A program made the translations under genes and the position numbers. A DNA stretch of 63,630 nucleotides, counting the filler, from Perkinsus chesapeaki ATCC PRA-425 (taxonomy: Eukaryota > Protista > Perkinsozoa), in NCBI GenBank assembly GCA_013115145.1. It is 6 parts of 6 records of this genome, joined end to end, with 100 filler letters (N's around TTAATTAATTAA, not from the genome) between each part and the next. Parts side by side here need not be neighbours in the genome. Positions count along the whole stretch, not along the records: positions 1 to 15,063 come from JAAPAO010000734.1; positions 15,164 to 28,319 come from JAAPAO010000797.1; 4 more parts are not named here. One strand, written 5' to 3'. Positions 12,568-23,129 of the stretch are shown piece after piece (position 1 is the stretch's first letter; every line of letters begins with the position of its first letter). The notes below the pieces were generated by a model that was given only the letters and a program-made list of their open reading frames with translations, did not search any database and was not told the DNA's origin.

Positions 12568-14514
12568 GTACCATAGTGCAATGGAATAAACGGTTCACTA
12601 ATGCTCGACCGGGGTGTAAGATTCCTGTTAAAAAAGACTATGGACGATATACTTGGGCGGTAATAATATTAGGGTTCCAAGAAACGATGTAAGAATCTCC
12701 TCGACGCATGGACTAGATGGACGGGCTGGTACGCGAGTTCTGGCGTTTTGCACCCTTCTAGAATGAAACATGTCAGGGAGCAACAATGTGTTGGTAGATG
12801 AAATTAGTTATATGTATATGTGCTAGACATTCTTGTTTATTATATTGATAACTAATAATGTTGTCATTCTACAGGAGTATCGTCAGTTAGCCGCAGAAAA
12901 TGGCCGAATAGCTCTACTTTATTTTTCACTAGACCCCGCCTTATCAAGCCACACTGCCCATCGTAACAGTCTGGGACCCTCCGTGCGATACTGGTCCTCG
13001 ACGAGAAGCCTCAATAAAGAGAACAGCGCAAGTGAATGAGAAGACTCCATGGCTCATGCTGGCATCTGCGGTTACTAGGTGAGTTCATTCGGGTGGTCTG
13101 ATTGTCATTCACATTTTAGAGAAAAGGGTCGACAAGACATCTGCAATGCATGGGATCTCCGCAAGGACCGTGAAGCGGAAAACGAGGTTTTTCTGGGGCC
13201 TACGGTTTTCACTTCATCAGCGCCAGTCGGCGATACGTAAATATTTCGAGAGAAGTTGAGAGTTGGGTTTTAAATGGGAATGTAACGGCTGGTAGAGCTT
13301 GCCAGTTGATTGCCTTCTGTGACCAGAATCACCGGGGCATCATCAATACATCTGATGTGGTCCTGTTTCTTGCCGGGGACTGAGTCCCCGTTTAGTTAGG
13401 TTTTGACATTTTCAACCTTAGGTGAAGCAGGACCCGCATTGGGGTGGGCTTGAAGGGGACGAGTCTCGCACGGAGCTGCCCCCACTCGAAGAAGGATTGT
13501 ATTATGAATTGCAGTTTAGGAATCGCAACTTGCGATTTGCAAGGCACAACATAACCATATCGTACGATACCTTGGGATACTTGAGGGTGTATTTCTTCAC
13601 AGATAAAAGTAATTGTCCATGGTTATACAGCGGTAAAATTGAAACGATGATTATTTATCAGAGATAGTACAGGCTGGGGACGTGGAAGTGTTATGTTATT
13701 TTGTTGCTGGAACGGGGATCCTATCCACAACAAACACTTGACCAAGCTGATCAATCATTTAGGCGAAGCTGCCTGGTACTTTGTTATGACTCAGTAACGG
13801 GATGTCAAGAGATATACTGTTTTACGGATGTAACTTGCATGTCGATTGGCGCCCGCTATTGTAAGAGCGCGCATTTGATCGATATGCGATCATAAGCCGT
13901 CTACTTTTTGAGACGCAAAATTACCCCTCTTGTTATATCAACAAAATCTACTCATTATGCCAAGTTCTAGTACTAATAATACCACTTACGACAACACAAT
14001 ACTGTGGAATGTTCGGAAGTGAGGGCCCGAAGAAGGTAAAGACAAAGAATGAATGAGAAGAGAGGCGGGCCTTGAGCGTCACGCAGGTGTCTCGTCTCTA
14101 CGTCCTGAGCCTGCTGTAGCGCATGCCCATCAACCATGATTAACCATTCCATGATTTTTGGTTCGGGATTGAGTACTTACGAACTCAAGTTGGTGAGCGT
14201 AAACTGATAATTAAGTTGTTCGTGCGAACAGAAGCGGATTTGCTCCTTGGCGATATATCTCTCAAGTCTAGGTTTACGATTGCTTTTTTATCCATGTAGA
14301 CTGATGCATGATGTAGTATAATATCAAATGCTACTAGTATCTAATATCAATATCGTGAAGCTTAAATAAGGGGAGATCGAGGTACACATTCTCTCTGATT
14401 TCTGGAAGACTTCTTTGGACCCTTGCTTGCCAGCCCCATGCATAATGTCTGTGATAATGTCGATACCAATACCGCTCAGAGGGCTTACAACTAGGGTTAG
14501 TTCTGCGATTTTTA

Positions 14515-14918
14515 ATGTACGCCGCCCCACAGCCCCTGGAGCTGCCTGAACCGATTCCACTCCCAATAAGGCCTCGACAAGGTTTTGAAAGTCCGAGATA
14601 TCGCGTATCAGGTATGCCTTAGGTCAACCTGCAGGTATCTTTATCGATCAGATGTAGCGCCGCCTCGGCCACTTCATGTGATACCTCATGAGCAAAGCCG
14701 ATACTCCTCACCATCGAGGCGGATGTCTCATCCTTCTTCTCCGTTGTGGGTATCTAACAGGTGTGTGAGAAGGTGCGTGAGCCCTCATAGAGCTAGAGCA
14801 ACTACTGGGCCGACCGGGGCTATTATACCACCTATTGGGTATAAAGGGGGAGGAGAATGGCATTGTGGTGTATGTGATGTTACGGCTTGGGATGAAGGGG
14901 CATTTCAACAGCATACAG
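14515..14918 (+). CDS. Partial gene ending in a U1/matrin-type (zf-met) zinc finger; interrupted by an intron running into the gap
   Basis: WHCGVCDVTAWDEGAFQQHT matches the first half of a zf-met/jaz C2H2 finger. Donor gtagga at 14919. Confidence 0.55.
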
Positions 14919-14954
14919 GTAGGATCATTTCACAACACTTTCATCCCACCATCT

Positions 14955-15063
14955 CCTCATTACATTTATTTATTATTCTCATGCCTCCTCCTCCTCATTA
15001 CATTTATTTATTATTCTCATGCCTCCTCCTCCTCATTACATTTATTTATTATTCTCATGCCTC
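14955..15063. repeat. 38-bp intronic minisatellite (about 3 copies) running into the gap
   Basis: Unit gcctcctcctcctcattacatttatttattattctcat; starts at 14983, 15021 and 15059. Confidence 0.95.
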
Positions 15064-15163
15064 NNNNNNNNNNNNNNNNNNNNNNNNNNNNNNNNNNNNN
15101 NNNNNNNTTAATTAATTAANNNNNNNNNNNNNNNNNNNNNNNNNNNNNNNNNNNNNNNNNNNN
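15064..15163. other. Artificial assembly spacer (also 28320-28419, 42740-42839, 59296-59395, 62146-62245)
   Basis: 100-nt N runs, each with a central TTAATTAATTAA (stops in all six frames). Confidence 0.98.
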
Positions 15164-15234
15164 TATTTCCTATCAAACTCCTTTCTATTATATCTCCTCC
15201 TCCGTATCACTAGTAACATATTTCCTATCAAACT
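15164..15234. repeat. 55-bp minisatellite, reverse complement of the array at 62246-62400
   Basis: tatttcctatcaaactcctttctattatatctcctcctccgtatcactagtaaca repeated about 1.3 times. Confidence 0.93.
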
Positions 15235-15439
15235 TCTCGAAGTCGAAAGTCTGTCTTTGAATGACAGTTTGTTAAGTCCCGGATGCGAGAATATTCCCGG
15301 GGAGGATTGAGATGTCTTGACAGTAAAATCGATCAGGTGATCGATAAGAATTTGGAGGGACTAAATCGGACCGGTGATGGTCGATTGAAGCTGAGGTTGC
15401 ACCCCAAAATGCCAAGCACGATAAAATCCTCAGGCAAGA

Positions 15440-15482
15440 CCCGAAGGTCGCGGGTTCGATCCTCGCATGTGTCGTTTTTTTT
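15440..15482 (+). pseudogene. Orphan tRNA 3' half with Pol III terminator
   Basis: CCCGA-AGGTC-GCGGG-TTCGATC-CTCGC-ATGTGTC-G-T8. No matching 5' half in the upstream part of the contig. Confidence 0.7.
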
Positions 15483-16242
15483 CAGCCTACGAGACGTGTA
15501 ATTTATTGTTTAAAGCGAGGAAGCATAAGAGCGGGAAAGTGACGTAAGGAGAGGGAGTTCGATAAGTATACTGCCGAAGAGTTCGTAAAATTGCTAGTCA
15601 TGAAATTAGGAAAATTAGTAAATATATAATCAATATACGATAGAACTGATATGAAGATACTATAATAGATTCTTGTCGATCCTTAGGATGAAGTACTTTC
15701 ACAAATGTGCCATTTGACCGACATTATTGTCAATAGCGCCCGTCACGGAAAATAATTCGCCTCCGGTTGATCCTTGTCTCTTATTGTCCATAATACGGGA
15801 AAGTAGATTGTTGGACTGCTCAAACTCGAGAGGTATAATAATAATGGATGACCATAAGATACTTAGCTTTTACGGCCCGACATGATTTACGCAACTACAA
15901 GTTATCAATCCGCAAAAAATAATTTTGAGTCAGATTTTGATAGTTTGGAACATGTAAGAAACTATTAGATTCTTAAAGTCCAACTATTATCTTATCGAGC
16001 ATTTAACTTTAATAGATATTGATTGGGAATCTTCGTGCCAGATCGAAGGGACGTTTTCAAGTGCAACTTTATTAATGAAATCATCTTGCGGTTAGGTACC
16101 AATTAGTTGGTCTAATTACGGAGTCCCATGCATTCGCCGATATGTGCGACTTCTTGTTCACTCCTCCACCCGAGACGAGAGACACGTTTATTTACACAGC
16201 AGCGATATCGCAGATATGTCGGCCGCAACCGTAAGTGAAAAA

Positions 16243-16315
16243 TAGTCCCGGCGGGGGTCGAACCCGCGACCTACGGCTCATAAGACCGTCGCTCTAACCA
16301 CTGAGCTACAGGACC
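16243..16315 (-). tRNA. trnI-UAU: tRNA-Ile (anticodon TAT), intronless
   Basis: Complete cloverleaf GGTCCTG TA GCTC AGTGGTTA GAGC G ACGGT CTTATGA GCCGT AGGTC GCGGG TTCGACC CCCGC CGGGACT A, followed by T5. Confidence 0.96.
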
Positions 16316-16350
16316 GCTGGGACATTTGGGGAATAGTTTGAAGTAGCCAT

Positions 16351-18730
16351 ATGGCAGGTATAATTTCGAAGGTAATGCGTATGCTAAGAAGAAGAAAGAT
16401 AAGGCGGATGTTGCAGAGGAGAATGCCGATGGTGAGTATCTTTAGGTTGACTTGGGAATATCTGCAAATACCTGGGGGACATCGGACTTCAATTTCTAGA
16501 TCCATTCTCGGTGGAAATTCTTATAGGGTTCCCTACGGTACTTAATGTTCAAATTATGCTTGGGCAGCGGTATAATAGTAAAATCGATCAGCTGATTTAT
16601 TTCGTCTGTCATTTGTTCAGAGGAGGAAAACACCACTGGTCATCCGAACCCGAAAGTGCCCGTGCATAGGTTCGGGGATAGCACTCCGGTAAGGATATCA
16701 TAATCGATCACGTGATCGATTATTCTCTCCTTAGGTGCCAACCGAGTCAGGCTGGGCTGCGGGAAGTGGGGAGGATCCGGTGCCGGCTGAGCTGCTGCAT
16801 GATGTCGAGAAGAAATTCGAGGAACGGTAGGCTTGTGGAGGGTGTGCATTTTCGATACGTGTGACACAAACCGACAACCAAAAAGGCATTAAACAAGAAA
16901 TGAGTTGTTTTACCATTCTCTATGTCTAAACCGGCGGCGTTTGTTTGATACGGGCAGCTCAAAATTCTATCTCTTGATGAAGCATGGCAATCGATTCCTA
17001 GGGTCACAGCGGGACAGTGAATTTATTCTGTAGATGAGTCGGCTTGGATTCGTATGCTCTTACTGGCACATGCATAGTAGTCTTATTGCCCGCTGTATCA
17101 GAGGCTCGTTGAAAATTCAAATTGAAATGTGTTGTGGAAAAAAGTGCTCCTGAGCGCGGAGATATGACAAAAATGTTAATAACAGTAATGTCTTTGTTGC
17201 CTGAAATCAACTCGTACAAGTGTGTTTGACGAGAGTCTTAGTTGGATTCACGAGAAGTCCGTTTTTCAGACCTATTTGGCTTCGTGCAAGTCTCGATGAG
17301 CAGCTGACTCTGTTGGGGTGGAACACGCAGAAGTTGCCTGGATTCCCGTGGAAGCTCAGTTTCGCATTGAGAGCGGTGAGAGCATCATCCATTCTCTTCA
17401 TCCTTCCAGCCTTCTTCCCTGATATGCCTAAAATTGAGATTTCTGAGCTATAATTTGTGTCTTTAATTCACTACAGGTTTCCTCTTTTTCTAAGAGTACT
17501 TGCTTATTTTTCCCGATGACCCATTAACCGTTTTCATCGAGGAAAGTATGCCCAGGTTTTGGTCACCACTTTAGCAGGAGTTCCAAAATGACATATGTTG
17601 TTGAGCTATGATAGTTGAGACGCTTCATTGACGCTTCGTTGACGCGGACTTTTCAGTTGACGCTTTTCGGTGCATCAGTCTTGCTTGCGGACTAGAATTT
17701 CACGGGACGTCCAACCGCTGGCTTCAGGTGTCTTACCTCTATTTGAACGGTCCTTGGCGGAACTGCTACATCCGATTCGGTTACGATCCTAAGTTGAACC
17801 CCGAGTCGGTGAGGTATCAGGTAAGCTGCTGTCACGTTGGTGTCGATGATGATGTTATCGATCAGGTGATCGATTTCAGAGATCCTCATTTTCGCAGTCC
17901 CGCGGCTGCACGAGAGCACCCTCACGCGGTTGAAACTACAGACACTAAGCAAGATGTTCATTTTAGGGTGCGTTGAGGAAATGCAAGTCGTGGCAAGATT
18001 TGCAAGATATTTCCCTCAGCGACCTCCATCAAACCGATCACAAATTTATCAGCTCTGCGATATAGAGGATTCTGCAATACAAGGCGTACTCGAACACGAG
18101 GTGAATTAAATGCGGGGTGCGGGGTTCGAACCAGCGACCTGTGGACGCAGTGAGAATAAGCCGCTCGCGTCGTAGCCTGTTGAGCAAGGCGCTGGGCAGC
18201 CAAACATCGGGAAGAATCTTTCCGGAAGACTAGTCCAGAGTGGTATTCTGAGGAGATTCTTGCCGATGTCAGCCATCGCAGCCTGGCTCTCTTTAGTACA
18301 ACTTCGAGGGATTGGGTATCAGAAGTTTGACATGTCACTCTTCTTGAATTGAGATAATGTGATGCGATGTTAAGTATATTAAATAGATATAATGAAGAAT
18401 GCGAGACGTCACGTATGGCAATTCCTATAGTAGACACAGTCACACAGTGAGCAGTTAGCAATCGACGATGATGGAATTGATCTTGTTCATCATCCACCAC
18501 AGAATCTGTTGCCAATATTCACTCACCGTTATTTTCAAGTCGCTGATGGTGAACAGGTGTGTTTTAGGCGAAAACAAACCGGCTGGGAAAGACGCTGGAC
18601 CCTACAAGCGGATGGATGGCGAAGGCAACCATGTCATCGATAAGGACGCAACTTAAGGTAGGCCGGGTTTGTGATGATGCCCCAGGTTGATGAGATGATG
18701 CTTTTGATCAGGTCCGCAGTGAGGCGATGA
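16351..18730 (+). CDS. GTF3C5: RNA polymerase III transcription factor TFIIIC subunit (tau95/Tfc1/GTF3C5); multi-exon, 5' and 3' ends approximate
   Basis: Family motifs RPIWLRASL, YLNGPWRNCYIRFGYDPKLNPESVRYQ|VIDFR and YQLCDIEDSAIQ, plus a C-terminal GW segment (GPTSGWMAKATMSSIR). Confidence 0.85.
18108..18140 (-). promoter_or_regulatory. tRNA-3'-half-like element containing a perfect B-box (GGTTCGAACC) in a GTF3C5 intron
   Basis: Minus strand reads AGGTC-GCTGG-TTCGAAC-CCCGC-ACCCCGC-A-TTT. The upstream exon YQLCDIEDSAIQGVLEHE is followed by GT at 18101 and an in-frame stop at 18107. Confidence 0.55.
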
Positions 18731-18884
18731 GGAGACTGGAGACGCCTGCTAATATGACGACCGAATAGGCGAATGATGAAAAGATGATTCATTTAACGTA
18801 TTCTTATCTTTTGTGAGGTTTTGTGTTCTTGAATGAGCCATGGTGTGCCAATGACAGAATAGAAATATCGAAGCTCTAGTGAAT

Positions 18885-19330
18885 GAGCGAAAGATCTTCT
18901 ACAGGGTCCTCGGGCGAGGGTGATGAGCTCGATGAGTTCTGTTCGCTGAGGTGAGGCAAAAAAAACGCTACGATAAATCGGTTACACACCAGCTGCTGAC
19001 TCTGTAATTCTTATTTCCTTATTTGCGAGAGCTCCAATTCGTTGCTGATGTTGAGTTGGTCTTGCTTGTAGGTCTGGATCATCTGGCGGAGAGTTCTTGA
19101 CTCCCAGACTTGAGGTGAGACGTGCTGCGATTATGCGCGTTTCTAAAGTCGCCCGGTGCATTTTTGATTCGGTTAATTTTAGCAGCCTCGGTAGCCAGGA
19201 GGTACCAGGAACTCCTGCGCTGCTTGTGGTCGGTGGACTGGTAGTTGGTGGTCGGTGGCGCCTGTGGGGCGCGAGATTGCGTTCACCGACCCCTTTTTGC
19301 TCTTTCTCCAGCTCTTTTTATGTTCTTACA
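18885..19330 (-). CDS. Possible small coiled-coil protein exons
   Basis: Open minus-strand segments SRTLRQMIQTYKQDQLNISNELELSQIRK and KELEKEQKG..., separated by intron-like stretches. Confidence 0.3.
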
Positions 19331-19354
19331 GCTCGTTACAGTGTTACGTTAATA

Positions 19355-20650
19355 ATGCCTCATCGTGCAAAGACTCCTGCTCAGTGGACAGGGATTTTTC
19401 GGGCACTTGCTGGGAACTCTGAACGTTTGACATTCATCCAAGTAGTAGACGCCCGAATCAGGATGTTGAAGATACCGGAAACAATGTGCCAGAGAGAAAG
19501 ACGAAGGATGATCATGGGAGAGCAACCACAAGTTCGCAATACAATGAACCGCCACCGACTAACAAGCACACTCGGCGTCATCCAGTACTATTAAATACCA
19601 GTGAAATATACCGCCTGCGACTCCCTGAGTTGGAGGATGTCGAGGGTGGGTGGTTTGAGAATAAAGACCCCAGTGAATGGGGCTGGTTGGTGATATTTTG
19701 CTGGGCACCTCAGAATGGAAAGTGCATCCATTGTAACAGCTCTCAGCTACGTATAAAGGGTCCAAGCCGTGTAAGACTGTGTTATGGCTTGGATTGGCCG
19801 TACGGTATACAAGGAGCGGATTAAAGATGCAGTAAATGCAATCGCTACTTCCGGAGCTTCAATCAAAGCTTCATCGAGTCCTTGCCTTACTCAATTGAGA
19901 GGAAGTGGGAGAAGACTATCTACCCTTCGTCACCTACGGCGCTTCAAACGGGGTGGACCACAAAATAGTTCGTTTATTAAGAGAACAGACAGTGCCGGCT
20001 GTCAAGAGGTATATCGAGTCGCTGGTATGGGATGAGTTTATTGAGAGAAAGAATCAGTTCACTCACCGGTGGATTCTAGTGGAAAGAAATAGATTGGCTA
20101 TATCTAACTCAACGATCGACTCTACGATCTAACTCTCGATCAACGGCAATTCGATCGAGAGCGCGGGCGGCGCCGACGGCAGCTAAAACAAGAAGAGAAA
20201 TGATGCATGTCTATATGCTGTGTGTGGACTTCCATGCCCTCGAGGCCTTGCGTCAGACCCACGTGGTCTTATGTGGGTGACTACCGCCTACCAAATATGG
20301 GAGCCGAACTAGGCAGAGGGTAGAGTAAAAGAGGAGATTAATGGAAGAAGGATGTTTTCTATCCGATTTCATCGTCCTTTCCCTTTCCCTCTTCTCTCTC
20401 CTCTCCCTTATCTCTTCCTCTTTTTCTCTCTTTTCTCTCTCTTCCTTTTTTCTTTTCCCCTCTCTTTAGGAGCTTTCAAAGTGTTCAAAGCCCGAGGTGT
20501 TTTCAAAAGGTATGTTTCAGGCCGCTGAACCCTCGACCAGCGTAGCAGCGACCTTTCCGCTCCTGAGCCCGCTGCCGCCAAGTGTCGAACTGCATGAGCG
20601 AACGAATAGCAGGCGTTGTTGGACGCGATGTTTAAAGTAGGCCAGCCGTT
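19355..20650 (+). CDS. Hypothetical multi-exon gene
   Basis: ATG exon MPHRAKTPAQWTGIFRAL..., overlapping ORFs 19486-20132, and a strong polypyrimidine acceptor at 20380-20468. Confidence 0.35.
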
Positions 20651-21969
20651 TGTACGATAGGCAACCTTCCACAATACGTCCATGCTGATACCTCCGTATC
20701 GGTTGATCGATTCAGATATTCTTCATTGCTGTGTGTTCTAGTACTATGCTACAAAATTTTAGAGTCGTACACTCAATAGCGGACGAGAAATCATTGAAAA
20801 TGAAATATTCTATTTCATTGGGGAGGGTGTATATTTGGTAGAGTGTAAAGTCACGCGTGTTACTTGCAGAAAAAATGTAAATTCTGAGTGGAGAAGGCGA
20901 CAAGGCTCCCGAGTATGTCCAGAAATATCGGAAGCCGGTGAGAAATTTTTACCGAGAAGCTCTTCGAAAATCGACTCACCGAAAAAATTTACAGGGTCGT
21001 CTTCGGTCGCGGTCTACTGAGCCCATGCTGAAGGATTGGGGGTGATGGCTATCCTCATGAGAACTCCTTTTCGATTAAACAACGTACAAAGTAATGCTCA
21101 CGTTATTCCGTCATCAGTGCTGTATGCCGGAACTGGTTGGCATCGCGATTGCTATACAAGAGCGCGACACGGGCTTCAGGGCTCAGAGTCGAACATGCGT
21201 TAGAGAAGGGTCACAAATACGTGAATCCTGAAATAGTGGAAGTGAAATGTATTTGAGATGGAAGAATATCCGAGGCCGAAAACCTACCTGATATGACCCG
21301 TGATTCTGGAATAGGCATTATTAATAACGATGATAATAACATTGATATGTGATAATAATTGATATTATGGTCATTATGATATCAATTATTAACCGTTCTC
21401 ATAGAGGAAAGGGTTCTGGTTCTGGTCACCACTTCAGCGAGTGTTCCAGAATGACGGATCGTGTAGAGCTATGATGATAGCTGAGATGCTTCACGGTTTC
21501 GGACATTGTACAGACCGATACAGTTGTAGCTTTACTGGAATGCATTCCGGTGTACCTGTCAGGTACGTTGTTGATCCAAGGCGCATATTTCACCGCTGCA
21601 TCCTCCATCTCTTGATTTGTCTCTACATCCCCGGGGCGTACTTTGCAGACGGTGTTTTGGCCGCATATAAAACTGAAGTAAGACAAGCAGTCGCGTCAGA
21701 AACTGAGAAGCTACATTATTATTGTGGATGATCGACATTCGCTCATCTACTGTGTGGCACACTGTGGTTGTGGGACCTGCCATAGCTCACGCCTGCAGCG
21801 GAGGTCCGTGTGTTTTCACATTCTCAGCAGGTTGGTTGTAGGATCGTTTGGTCTCGAACGTTCACAATATCATACTTATTACGTGCTTTGATAATTTCCG
21901 CCCTTCCTTGATCACCCAACCTTCTCCACATTAACGAGTTATATGCCATCAAGCGGCGTCCTGCTTTGA

Positions 21970-22030
21970 CATCTGCACAGTGCAGATGCCTGGCATAGGT
22001 CAAAACAGTGACTTTTTTGACCTATGCCAG
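21970..22030. repeat. Two adjacent inverted repeats (9-bp and 16-bp arms)
   Basis: catctgcac-a-gtgcagatg, then ctggcataggtcaaaa-cagtgactt-ttttgacctatgccag. Confidence 0.9.
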
Positions 22031-23129
22031 TCTTGGGTCAAGTCTGTTCGGCACTATATTTACGGACACCAACTGGCGTCTTCTGTCAGATTCTTGAGTA
22101 CCTCAGAATAGACCATGAGCACTTCGCGATGCTGTTTTCCCTGCCTTCTTTAACCGGTGTCCTTTGCGGGCCATTTGGGGTCATTGTAGCAAAGTAAGTC
22201 GCAGTATGAACTCAAGTCTAAAAATCGTGGAGACTGGTCGGTTCCAGAAAAATAGAGTGGCTCCTTCCTAGGGCTCCATAGAGCTCCACTGAAATACAAA
22301 GGAAAGATGATATAAAAAAATTTCCCTGAAATTTGAGATGATTTTCATGGAAAAAAATCAAATTTTTCCTCCGAAAGATGTTACTAATCCGCAGTTATGA
22401 ATTATATTACATGATAGAAACTCTGTTTGAGAATATGCTTGTAGTGACCAGGAAAACATCAATAGTATTCCTTCCCCAATGATGCCCCTTGTTTTCGTAG
22501 ATATGGGAGCACCAAATCCGCTCTTGCTGCAGCAGCCCTCACCTGCGTAGGGTCCGCCTTAGTAGCTGTGGGCTTAGAGAATAGAAAGTAATCATTCCAA
22601 TTCTCGACCATTAACTGTTGTTATGTTTGGCAGCTTTGGTGTGGTGCTGGTCGGTCGTATCATCTTTTGGACATTCCTGTACATTCTCTGCGTTGGTGAG
22701 ATCGGGTCGTAGATGTTCTGTATCTCCTACGTCCATCCTAGCCCACACAGTCGAAACCATCGGAGACTGCATTGGGGTCAATGTTTGTTCGCCATCAATG
22801 AAGCGATGAAGTGGTCGACGAAGTTACCGGGCCGTTCACGGCATTCGGCATTCCCATTCGGGTTTGATGGAATTACGAGGACATCTCTCGCAGACATCCT
22901 CCGAACCAAATCCAATCACAGCCTTCTCATCTTTCGTATTCTCGTCTAGATACAGTGTTTGATTTGGGGTAAAGCTTGGGCAATTCGGAATCCTTGGTTG
23001 AACTCAACGCAGACTGAGAAATACTGGAGGACATACTGTAAATAAATAACTACAAAAAAATAAAAGAAATATATAATTTAGTCATAAGTGTAATAGCCAA
23101 GAAATGGTTACTAACTTATCGCTAGGGAA

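Noticed and set aside
15108-15119. Recurrent TTAATTAATTAA palindrome (five copies)
   Set aside because: Always centred in 100-nt N runs; it is an artificial scaffold linker.
16278-16284. Intronless tRNA-Ile(TAT) with G37
   Set aside because: Unusual relative to yeast and animals, but I recall plant Ile(UAU) genes having the same CTTATGA loop, so it is not claimed as novel.
20408-20683. K/R/E-rich minus-strand ORF
   Set aside because: The charged tail is just the reverse complement of a roughly 90-nt polypyrimidine tract ending in a + strand acceptor.
21976-22012. Iron-responsive element or RSS heptamer (CAGTG/CACAGTG)
   Set aside because: The stems lack IRE geometry (5-bp upper stem plus C bulge), and there is no nonamer at 12/23 spacing.
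22620-22949. Hydrophobic segments reminiscent of HACD/PHS1
   Set aside because: The catalytic LYPxG..E motif is absent; similarity is too weak to assign.
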